A stretch of DNA of 63,748 nt, filler included, from Kipferlia bialata (taxonomy: Eukaryota), in the NCBI GenBank assembly GCA_003568945.1. It is 4 parts of 4 records of this genome, joined end to end, with 100 filler letters (N's around TTAATTAATTAA, not from the genome) between each part and the next. Parts side by side here need not be neighbours in the genome. Positions count along the whole stretch, not along the records: positions 1 to 20,061 come from BDIP01000398.1; positions 20,162 to 40,204 come from BDIP01000399.1; 2 more parts are not named here. One strand, written 5' to 3'. Within the stretch, counting starts at the first letter, position 1. Every line of letters begins with the position of its first letter. This document shows positions 14,946 to 26,430 of this stretch, one piece after another. The notes beneath the pieces were generated by a model. The model ran no database searches. It had not been told where the DNA came from and worked only from the letters and a program-made list of their open reading frames with translations. A program made the translations under genes and the position numbers.

Positions 14946-16212
14946 CATATATATATATATGAGTATGTATATGTTGTACCCCTCGTACTGACCCTGACCC
15001 CAGAGACCCGTCTGTCCTCTCTGACTGGTGTCTTCTCCGTATCCACCACCCTCTCCATGTCAGACATGACAAGTGACGCACCTGATGTCAACTGTGTGGC
15101 TATAGTGTTCAAGAGGTGGGCGGACTCAAACTTGTGTACTATCTTGTTGTGTACATTGTGTGCATATTCACTCATTGTGTCTCCCTTGTCACAGCGTCTA
15201 TGGGTCTGTATTATTGGCTCTGATTTAGTGTCCGTTCTTGTGTATATATGTAACCGTCACATAATCTTGAGCTGCCCCTTCTACCCGTGGCCTCACCCCC
15301 AGTGACATGGCCAACAATGACTTCTCTGGGTTCTCGTGTACCTACCAGGCCAACCTGGCATCCACAGACACATACGTCACAATGGCAGGTGGGGGGTGAT
15401 GGGATCTCTCTCTCTATATATCTCTATACGAGATGTGTTCTTCAATACACTAGTTGTGTTTACGAATTATGTTTACGAGTATTTCTATACGTCAATGTTT
15501 GGCGGCGTTTATATGTCGATGGAGATACTGAGAAGATGGAGTGTCTCCTACTGCTCTGACCCCAGTTGTCCTGACCGTTGTGCTTGTGTTTGGTGCCGGT
15601 GTCTGCATGTGTAGGGAGTCTGCGACAGAGAAGAGAGAGTTCTTGGAGCAATGCGAGGTATGGCCAGTTCAGTCGGCATCGAAGGCTCTCTAGCAAATGA
15701 TATGGTGTGTATATATACCCTTCTCAAGACCCTCTGCCCGTATCACCCCAGGAGCCCATCATGCTGTCAGCTGTGCATACACACGAGACATACCCACTCA
15801 ACCAGGTGGGTACAAGTATATTATATGTGTGTCTGGGGTATCACAGTGATGCGTATGACGTATTGTGTTTTGGGTCTGTTGTGCCCGACCTCCCCCCTCC
15901 CCCCAGCCCCCCCTCCCGGACCTGTCCCTGTCCCTGGAGGACATGGCCCCCACCGCACCAGTGGCCATCCCGTCCCACCCCGTGGCATACCCCAAGGTGG
16001 GGTATGTGACCCATCAGACCCATCAGACAGATACAGAGGCCCAGGAGGCCAGTGACACAGAGTCAGACGATGTAAGGAAGATGGAGAGGGGCAAGGACAG
16101 AAACACCCTCTTTGCGCACACCTCCTCTGTCAACAAGGGGGGACCCAGTGGCAAGGCACTGCCTGGCTCTAGTAGGGCCACCCCCCTGCCCAGCCTCTAT
16201 CGCAAGGGGTAG
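14257..16212 (+). CDS. CUB-domain type I membrane protein
   Basis: Signal peptide (MCHSMISLTLLCLMVLLGVLG), CUB-like motifs LETDSDYLYVY and IVFKSDMANNDFSGFSCTY, one TM helix (VVLTVVLVFGAGVCMC) and a cytoplasmic tail ending LYRKG*. Confidence 0.7.
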
Positions 16213-16608
16213 GGGTTAGCCGGCGGTTGTCTACTATGTGGTATCCAGCCTAACCTGGTCTGTAGCTTCTTGTGGTGTGTACTTGTATTATTCTGCGATG
16301 CGTTTTGTGTTCATTTTTGTTTTCTGTTGTTTGTGTTGCCTGGCTTCTGTTCTCTACCGTGTTGGGACGTTTGTCTGTTCCTCACCCAGAGGGACAATTC
16401 ATATAGATTTCCACTTGTCAAGTCTATTTCGGATACTACACTTTGAAGATGTGATAGAAAGCGGGGGTCGTGGTATTGATGAATAATGGTTTCACATCAT
16501 GCAGCTATTCGTATGTATTGTTACTATATGTATTGTAGTTGTACTATTAGTTGGAGCGTGTGTGACAACAAGTAGACCTATCCCTCCTGTGGCTGAGTAC
16601 CCACTCCC

Positions 16609-19600
16609 TCACTCGAACCTGGCAATGTGTACGATGCTGTTCCTCCCGTGCGCACACTTGTATGCCGCCCCCCCCGCCACTGCACTCAGACCCCTCAGGA
16701 TGACGCAGAGTCTACCGTCAGAGACAGGGTCACCTGTCTTACAGGCCATGCGGCACGATCTGGACCGGAGGGCTGGGAGGAAGAGAGAGAGGGGGCAGGG
16801 GTGGGAGGCCACGGTAGCGGCAGTGTGTGGGAGCGACAGGCCACAGACACTGGCACGGTGGGTGACCTCATATCCCCCCTCCCTCCCGGCTGATGCCTCC
16901 AGCGCATACCCATGGAGCACGGCCTGTCTGCGCTGGGCATCTGTCTCCAGGGACCCACTCACATCAGGCCCATCCTCCACAGGGACAGCCCCCGATGCCT
17001 TCCGTCCCCTGCGGCGTCCCTCCCCATGTGAGTGCACGGGTGAGCATGTGAGTATGTGCCCTAGGTGGGTGAGAAGGTCAGGCAGGGTGGGGCATGATGG
17101 GAGGGGGGCTGAGAGGACAGGGCGGGACACCAGAGACGCCATGAACCCTGTCCACCCCTCAGGGGGGAGCAAGGCCTGGCGGTCAGGGGGAGAGGGACTT
17201 GAAGGCACAATGTATATATCGAGGAAGGAAGTCTCATTCTCATTAGAATGCATACCACCGCCTCACCTCCAGCCCTAGGTCCTGGGCATCGGGTGCCTGT
17301 CCCAGGTGTGTCCATACCCCAACCCCAAGGGAGGAGGCGTGGCACTCCCCCCCGTCCTCCCCATCAGACTCACTCTCACTGTCCACCCCAGCAGTGGCAC
17401 TCACTCTCCCAAGGCTGTCTGGGGGATAACGGCGTGCATACATACGGTCTGCATGATAGTACCTAATATATGTCTACACCGCACCCACCTGCTACCGGGT
17501 ACAGTGGCCCCATCCCCCCCTTGTGTCTGCGCGACCCCTGCCCTAGCACATGCCGCAACACACGCACCAGGGTGTTGTAGCACAGGCTCTCAGCTGCAGC
17601 ATGAACATCTACCGCCACCAGGTCGCCTTCCTGTGGGTCAGCGGAAGGGACAGAGAGAGGGAGACTGAGACATGGTATTAGCCACACATATCAATGAGAA
17701 ACCCACCCCCACCTGTGCATTGTAACACACTGCAAATGGACCAGACCGACACAGTGGGACCAGGCCCCCCACGGCCTCAGGCCCCAGCTTCACATGTCGA
17801 TGAGACACCCTCAGGGATGGGAGAGAGGAGAGAGAGGTGTTGAAGGGACTCTGGACACGCTGGAAGGCCAGAGGTACACCGTCTAGGGACAGAGAGGACC
17901 CTCCCTGTCGAAGCCGGGCCAGTGCACCCAGCAGTCCGTCGGTCCCAGTACTACCAGTACTGTGTGAGGGATTGTCCCGATGGGTTCTACCAACCCCCCT
18001 CAGCCGCTCTCTCTGTCGCTGGAAGTACCGCTGGGTCTCACCGTCTAGCCTGATCTCCCTCTCTCTATCTCCCTCTGTCCCTTCCTCCACCCCCCTGCGT
18101 GTCACCTTGCCCCTACCCAGCGTCAGTCTCAGCCCCTCGTTGACCGATCCCATCTGCATACGGGTGTAGAAGGGCAGCCCGGCATAAGGGTCATCTACTG
18201 ATGCTGATGCTGATGCTGATGCTGGCTGGGTACCCTCAGACACAGGCTCAGGCTGAGTGGCAGCAGTAGCAGTAGCAGTAGTAGTAGTGGTAGTGGAGGA
18301 TGAGGCCTCGGCATCACAGGTACTGTCAGCACCCCCATGGTCAGCAGCAGAGGCAGGGGCGGGAGTTTCCTTGGGGAACCCACTAGGGTGTCCTTGGGCA
18401 GTCGAGACGTCTGGAGGTGTGTCTCCAACCTCTTCACTTGTGGCCCCCGACTCCCTCTCCCTCTCTCTCTCCCTCTCAATCTCCTCCCTAAACGATATGA
18501 CTGACTCTAGTATGGACAGAGAGAGTGCCTTCCAAGCACCATGGGGCACATCTGCCTCTACCCCCTTGGGATGTACTGGGTACTGACGCAGACACACCCG
18601 GTAGGGCACACCGCCACCAACTGCACTAGTAGATCTAGACGCCGTGCCTTGTGTCTCAGTGTGGCTTTGCCGCTCAGAGAGGGGTAGGGCGGCAACGATG
18701 GAGAACTTCTTGCTGGGGTGGGTCATTATTAGAGGAAGGAAAGGACAAATACACATGGGTTGTAGGACCTCCACAAACAGTAAGACTTTGGTTTAGCAAT
18801 ATAAGTGTCAGGGCGTGTTCGTACCATGTGAGTACCCCCCGTATCTGTGTGAGTGCATCCTTGAGAGGCTCAGGGGGGATGGACACTGGGCTGCCACTAG
18901 ACACGATGTAGTGACCTGACATGAGACTGAAGGCGGTGTCCATGTATACAACAATCCCTCCTAACCATTAGTGACTAGATGACACTACACATACGCACCT
19001 GCATCCACCCCCCCTACGACCATACCCGCTGCAGCACCATCCTTAGTGTACAGGGGGATCAGCCCAACCCGACCCTCTCCATCTGTCACTCCCACCACTC
19101 TCTCCACCCCGCTCTGCAGCGGTGACTCCTTCCAGCCCTGGGTGCCATCTGTACCTGCCCTGACGTACAGGGACATAGACATGCACTCAGACACACCGGG
19201 GTCCAGCGACCCCTCCCCACTTACATAGCGGGCCAGGACCCAGGGGAGTAGGGCGGCCCTGACAGCGGCCATCACCTGCTGCAGAGGGGTGGAGACTAGA
19301 CACTGGCGCCTCACAGCCAGACCGACAAAAGGCACACATCTAAGTATGCACCCATACGCTGGACAAGGTAGGGGGGGACTGGACACCCCACCTCCCCCCC
19401 TGCCTGTACCCCTGCCTGGGGTGGAGACAAGAGAGCAGAGGGAAGGGGCCACGGGTATCCCCTCAGCCACAAGCCTAGACACAAACTTGGTCCCTGGGGT
19501 GAGATGGGAAGCACAGCATTGTACAATATCCCACTGAGTCTTTGACAAGAAGGAGCGTTGTGAAATGACATACACTCATATACGGTCGGTACACTATAAT

Positions 19601-19983
19601 GAATCTGCAACATGACTATATTATGGCAATATAGATCTAATGACAGAGGCACTAAATGAATGCGGGTGGGAAACAGAGTATAATACCCACCAGACACCTT
19701 CGGAGAGGGACCACCCACTGTGTGCACCGGAGTGACTCCCTGAGCCCATCACAGTACGAAGGGACCGGCCGGACGATATGGACAACACCTGTGTGTCTGA
19801 GTGGGAGAATGCCCTGAGAGGCAGGGCCCCGTCCTTGCCTGTGCCCTCTTCTGACTCTATGTCCTGCATCCTGCCTGGGGTGCCGCCCAAGGTGGCATAG
19901 AGGGTCAGAGGCGAGTGGCACAGATACACTGAGACGGAGTCTGCCCTTAGGACCCTGGCAGACAGACACAGACAGGAGACCAT
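16609..19983 (-). CDS. Hypothetical protein with long exons, 5' partial
   Basis: Long GC-rich minus-strand ORF segments (18985-19575, 17638-18774, 16609-17253) separated by short intron-like stretches. Low-complexity S/T/A/E tracts. No family recognised. Confidence 0.55.
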
Positions 19984-20006
19984 CTGGCCAATGTCACTGG
20001 GATCAG

Positions 20007-20059
<53 letters not shown>

Positions 20060-20061
20060 TG

Positions 20062-20161
20062 NNNNNNNNNNNNNNNNNNNNNNNNNNNNNNNNNNNNNNN
20101 NNNNNTTAATTAATTAANNNNNNNNNNNNNNNNNNNNNNNNNNNNNNNNNNNNNNNNNNNN
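20062..20161. other. Artificial scaffold-joining linker
   Basis: 100 nt of N with TTAATTAATTAA (stops in all frames) at 20106-20117. Confidence 0.95.
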
Positions 20162-20525
20162 TATACATATCCCATGACTAATGTCATAGCGGCATGGGGG
20201 CAAGGACTGACAGGAGATATAAACATATACATATATATATATATATATGTCTCTTTACATAATTATACATAAAGTATGGTTTGTTTTATAGACGTGGTGG
20301 CGGTATGGGGGCAAAGAGTGACAGGAGGTACCATATATCCCCCTTTCTTTCTCTCTCGCTGTTTATATGGCAAGGTATGGGCGACTGTAACCAATTTCAA
20401 GCCTTTCTGCCAACCATTAACTTTTCACTGTGTAACACAGTGTAATTACCAATACCCAGGAGTCACTTCACTCTGTTTCCCTCTCTCTCTGTCTCTGGGA
20501 CTGTTGGAGTGTCCCCCCACCCCAG

Positions 20526-22127
20526 GCATCACTTCACTTGGGTCTGTGCCACTGTGCTACCTATTCATTCAGGTATCATTATATATATATTACAAATATA
20601 TTGATATGAAACAAAGTAACTGCCCTCCCTCTCTCCCTCTCTCATCCTCTACTTATGTCACATACACATAGTTCATTCAGGGAAGTGGCCGCACTCTCTC
20701 CCTCTCTCATTCCCTCTCTTCAACGATGCATCATGTTGACTATCAGCTCTTCAAGGGTCTTGTACCGACCAGATCCTACAGAGCCATGATGAGGTATATA
20801 CATATATATATAGTCCATATAGTGAGCCATTGAGGAGCCGTAGTAATGCCACAGCTAAAATGCTATTTCTCTTAAGTATCTATGGACCAGATACTACAGA
20901 GCCATAATGAGATGAATGGTCTACTAATTTGTACTAATTAGTACTTTTAGTAATAAAGCATAAGTATTAGACACCATGCTATGATGAGGTAGATTGGCGT
21001 GGTGCAGGTTCTGTCCTCTTCCAATCTGACTCCAGAGTCACCTCTGTCATCTGCGTTGTCGGTTCAGTGGTAACATGCGCTAGGTAATGTATTCACTGTT
21101 TGATTATAGAACCACATATGCAACTTGTCATTAGGTAGTGGGGGAGGGGGAGATCTGAATGCAATTACATACGTTCGGTTACATACTAACCATCTAGCTT
21201 CCTTTGGGACATTCGGTATGCCTACACATACCCAGAGCCAGATCAGTTCAGTGGGGATCACTTCAATACAGGTTCGGATGATGTGATTGTATGTTAGTGT
21301 AGTCTACTATTTTGTGTTAATACCTTACTTTATAGTTCAAATGGTACTGGTCTTCAGTGGCTTTATCTGTACCTGTATATACATGATTGTTGGTGTTGGA
21401 GTTCCAATTATAGTAATCTCCCCAACACATTAACCGAAGAAGTGATTCATATGTATCTCATCTTCAGTGGCTGAGCTCTATCTCTATGTGTCAACTGGAC
21501 TGACTGCTCTTCTATGCATTATCCTGGTGGCCATGCTACAGTTCAAGAGAAGGGGGCAGAGGAGAATAGGTACACTAGCGTAGCCATACTATATCAATAT
21601 GATCTACATGTAGTTGTATATACGTCATCCTTATCCACACTCTAGTTCAAGAGAAGGCATATATATATGAGTGAATGGTAGCCAAGTCTGGAGTGCCTGG
21701 GTATTCTATAATTGTAGAATGACTTCCGGTAGGAACTGCCTAGATATGATAAACAAGACTGACCCATAGGGAAGATGACTGGAGTGGAAGGGTCTCCGGT
21801 AGCTCAACCTAAACGTGTCGATAAGCTATCCGTACTCCCAATAGTCCTTTGTGCTCAGGTAAAAGACTGTACAAGACCATATACATATTGCTAATTATAT
21901 ATATTCCTAACTCTCCGTGCAGTAGGATTACAACGATATATACTCGGCATTAGCCTCTCACACAGGTGTGTGTAATTGCCATCACCATCGTGGCCTCCTA
22001 CCTCTCCAGTCTCTGGACATACAGGTTACTGACATCACTGTCAAATGTAGTCGAATTCGCCTCGGTGTGCATCATTGTATACCCAGCTCAACAGAGGCGC
22101 CCAAAGAGCAAGAAGAGACCTATATAG
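20526..22127 (+). CDS. 7TM-like membrane protein, 5' partial, paralog of 12026-13991
   Basis: Spliced segments CYLFIQ|LFKGLV (paralog LLYIQIWRGLI) and YRLLTSLSNVVEFASVCIIVY (paralog YLILSLANVVETSLWVVL). Stop TAG at 22125-22127. Confidence 0.6.
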
Positions 22128-22336
22128 CAAGCAATGGACCAAACCAGGCCAAGTAGTGGGATTGTATAATAGACATTCAAGAATGCAATCGTCGATACTC
22201 CAATAACTACAATGCCTACTAATCTATCCAATTACATTACAACTGGTTCTCTTGAGAGACCACAACGCCCCTCATAGTGTTTCAGCTGCAGAACTACTCT
22301 TCTCCTGTCTCTCTCTCTCTCTCTCTCCCCCCCCCC

Positions 22337-23040
22337 TCAGACAGTCTCCTCAGGTACTCTCTGTGCAGGGGTGACAGCAAGGGGGTTGGAGACCTAGAAT
22401 CAGACATATATATATAGATATATACTAATATATATGTATATATTAATATCTGTGTACAGAGAGAGAGAAGATGGATTGAGTGACGGCAAGGGGGTTGGAG
22501 ACCTTAAATGAGAAGGATGAAGAGAGGGAGAGAGAGATAGAAATAGAAGAGAGCTGGGGCAAGTGACCTCTAATCAGAGAGAAGACAAGAGAGGAATGAG
22601 TTTGACTATAAAGATATCATCACAGAGAGAATGAGCACAAATAATTGATCTCCACAAGTTAGTAGTCAGATTATCCAATGTTACAATGTAAATGCATAGG
22701 ATTATATATACTTTCCATATCCCACCTTCTTGACCGGTCTCATCTTGCGTGTCTTCTTCTCGAGAGTGGCCTTGAGCTTGGTCTGAAGGAGTGAGAACAG
22801 TGTAGCAATATACCATGACTTGATTATAACCTTGTAAGACTACTAAGAGCTTACTACATTCATATTACATTGTGGAATTGAGCTTGGTCAAGAAGATACT
22901 TGAGTACATACCATGGCAATAATAGTAATTAGTAGTAAATGTACCTTTCTCTGCTGGAAGAAGTCCTCGATGTAGCCCATGATGAGAGAGAATGTGCCAC
23001 TGAGACCCATGACAGAACCTGGGGTAAAAGGGTGTGGGGG

Positions 23041-23074
<34 letters not shown>

Positions 23075-26000
23075 ATGTGCCACTGAGACCCATGACAGAA
23101 CCTGTGGTTAAAGGGTGTAGAGGGAGAGAGAGAGAGAGAGAGAGATAGATAGAGAGGCAGCACACTCCTACACTTGTAACTATAGGTTCAGTAGTATATA
23201 CACAACTTACCTAGCGCCACACCAACGAATGAGCCAATGGTGGTCTTCTTGGACAGAGTGGTGACAAGGGTGCTGTCTCTAGAGGGTCAGATACACAAGT
23301 AAAGAGATAAGAAGAAACTCAAACTACGGTGCTATCTGTAAGGGTGAGCATATATATGCATTATGAGTCTCTCCTGACCATAGACACCAGCTCAGTGCCG
23401 ACACCATCGACACATAATATAGTATATATCCACAATACAATATACAATATGGAATGTATACACTATCCTACTATACGACTATACCAATAGTTATCTCCTA
23501 ACCTGACCATAAACACCAGCTCTGTGCCGACTCCGTTCACGTAGGGGAACTTGGCAGGACCAGCCACATCGCCTTGGAGTCAGTATACGGATACGCCTCA
23601 TTGTGAAGAATTAGTTTTCTGCCACACAATGCACATAACTGTCGCCTGGGAGTCTTAACATATTCATATACATATATATATATATACATACCTGTCTCCT
23701 TTGAGTCCAGTTCAATGTGGTAGCCAGTGGTGAGCTGTCCACCTGGGGTAAGATACGTAAATAGAGAGACTTGCATAGAATAATACACATATATATGATG
23801 CAGATATACTAAGAAACTGTATTGATACAAAAGATGCCAGTGGTGAGCTGTCCAACTGGGGGGAGGGATAAGAACATATATTAATGTGAATAGAAGTTGG
23901 GGGGGAGAGAAATAGAGGGATGTAGCGGTGAGCTGTCCACCTGGGGTGATGTATGTATATGGAGAAAGACACTGAGTGAAAGTAGAATATGAGAGAAACA
24001 TAGTAAATATAGAGTAAATAATAAACATCTTATACCTCCTGTGGCGTCCTGGTAGAGTGACGGTGTGGCACCAATGGTGACAACAGAGGGGGCCATGCCC
24101 TACAATAAGAGACCGTAGAGGGAGGACGGGAGAGACAATAGCAATATACAACAGCGAGAGAATATATACACTGCACCTTGTAGACTGTCTCCACACTTGG
24201 TACTAGCTCAAGAGAATCCAATATAAGTCCATGCCAGTCAAACAGAATGTCATAGTCATACCTTGAAGACTGTCTCGACACTGGGCACTAGCTCAAGAGA
24301 GACAGTACTAGGTAGCTGGTCCGTGGTGATGTCTGACATAAGGGTGTAGAATGAGAGAGAGAAGGAGAAGGGGGGGAGATCACTTCACATAAGGCTGTAG
24401 AGAGAGAGAGAGGCAGAGGTACATTCAGGAGAGAGAGAGAGAGAGAGATTATCTGTTGTCTCTGTCAGGTATACTTGTATTAAGGGTGTAGAGAGAGAGA
24501 GAAAAGGGTGTAGAGGTAGAGAGATTACCTGTTGTCTCGTCGGGTATACTTGTATTAAGGGTGTAGAGAGAGAGAGATAAGGGTGTAGAGGTAGAGAGAT
24601 TACCTGTTGTCTCGTCAGGTTTACTTGTATTAAGGGTGTAGAGAGAGAGAGAAAACGGTGTAGAGGTAGAGAGATTACCTGTTGTCTCGTCAGGTACACT
24701 GGATCCGAAGCTGATATCCGCAGTGATGCCCTGGGAGTGTGCGGCAGTGCCTGACAATAAGGGTGTAGAGGGAGAGAGAGAACTCTGGCGGCAGTGCCTG
24801 ATATAAGGGTGTAGGGGAAAGAGAGAGAAATATCGTAATATGAAAGGATTAGAGCTATGGAAGTCCACTTGCAACAAATGGAAGCAGTCAAAGAGAGAGG
24901 ACTACATGTACAATACTTGAGAAGAATGTGGACTCGTATAATGGGTCCGATTGTATTTATGTATATTCCCAATTAATATATAAACACATGTAATATATAC
25001 CTGAGAAGAATGTGTAGACGTATGGATCCGTCTCACTGTCAGTCTCAAACACGCAGTCAGACATGGTGTACCTGGAATGAGAGTGTAGAGGAAGAGAGAG
25101 AGAGGGAGAGAGAGGGAGATGTCTCAAACACACAGTCAGATATGGTGTGCCTGGAATAAGGGTGTAAAGAGGGAGAGTAAGGGTGTAGAGACAGAGTAAC
25201 AACGGTGAGGAACTTTGGTGAGAGTTCTATCTATATATAAGAAATCTGTATTGTATCTATCTATCTATCTATACCCATACGTACTGTACATGGCAGGAGT
25301 ACCCAGCCGCTATGTAGTCTGTACCAGTAAGATCAGTCCTGATCCATGCGCACTGGAGTTAGGTTGCAGACGGAGGGAGGAATGAGTGATAAATATGTGG
25401 AGCGGGAGAGAGAAGAATCTTTGTTAGAGATAGGAATGTAATGACGTTCAGTTCCTCGTGGGCGTAGCGTGGATCGACAACACTATATATATACTACAGA
25501 GATATATAAATGAATAGAGAGAGAGATAACCAACCTGGTGGGCGTAGCATGCATCCGGTGTGATACCATCCTCATCTGCGACAGCTGGGGGTCAAGCAAT
25601 AATTAGTGATACTCCGGTTACAGTATAGAGTAATGACTATCATACATTTAGGCCATCCCCGGTGCTCGTCATAGTATCAGAGCCGGTGCCAAATTGAAGT
25701 GCAATACAATATATAAAATAATATACATAAGTATAAGAAATAATTACCATACAATCCATCCACACTGCTTGTCATGTATCAGAGCATGTGCCGAAATATA
25801 TAATACAGAGACAATACACTATAAGAATATATATACAGTATTCCTTACCATATAGTCCATCCACAGTGCTTGTCATTGTGTCAGAGCATGTGCCGAACTG
25901 ATCCACGTCATCCCTATCGGATACACAGTCAGACTCAGACCCGAAGAAGGAGAACTCAACGTTGATGGTGGCTGATATAAGGGTCTAGAGAGGGGGAGAG

Positions 26001-26395
26001 AGAGAGAGTCAGACTCAGACCCGAAGAAGGAGAACTCAACGTTGACAGTGGCTGACATAAGGGTCTAGGGAGAGAGAGAGAGAGAGAAACTCAACGTTGA
26101 CAGTGGCTGACATAAGGGTCTAGGGAGAGAGAGAGAGAGAGAGAGAGTCAGTCAGACTCAGATCAGAAGACGGAGAACTCAACGTTGATGGTTGCTGACA
26201 TATGGCGGTAGAGAGGGAGAGAGAGAGAGACACACACACAGTAAGACTCAGACCCGAAGAAGGAGAACTCAACGTTGATGGTTGCTGACATAAGGGGGTA
26301 GAGAGGAGGGGAGAGAGAGAGAGAGACACACACACAGTCAGACTCAGACCCGAAGAAGGAGAATTCAACATTGATGGTGGCTGATATAAGGGTCT

Positions 26396-26430
<35 letters not shown>

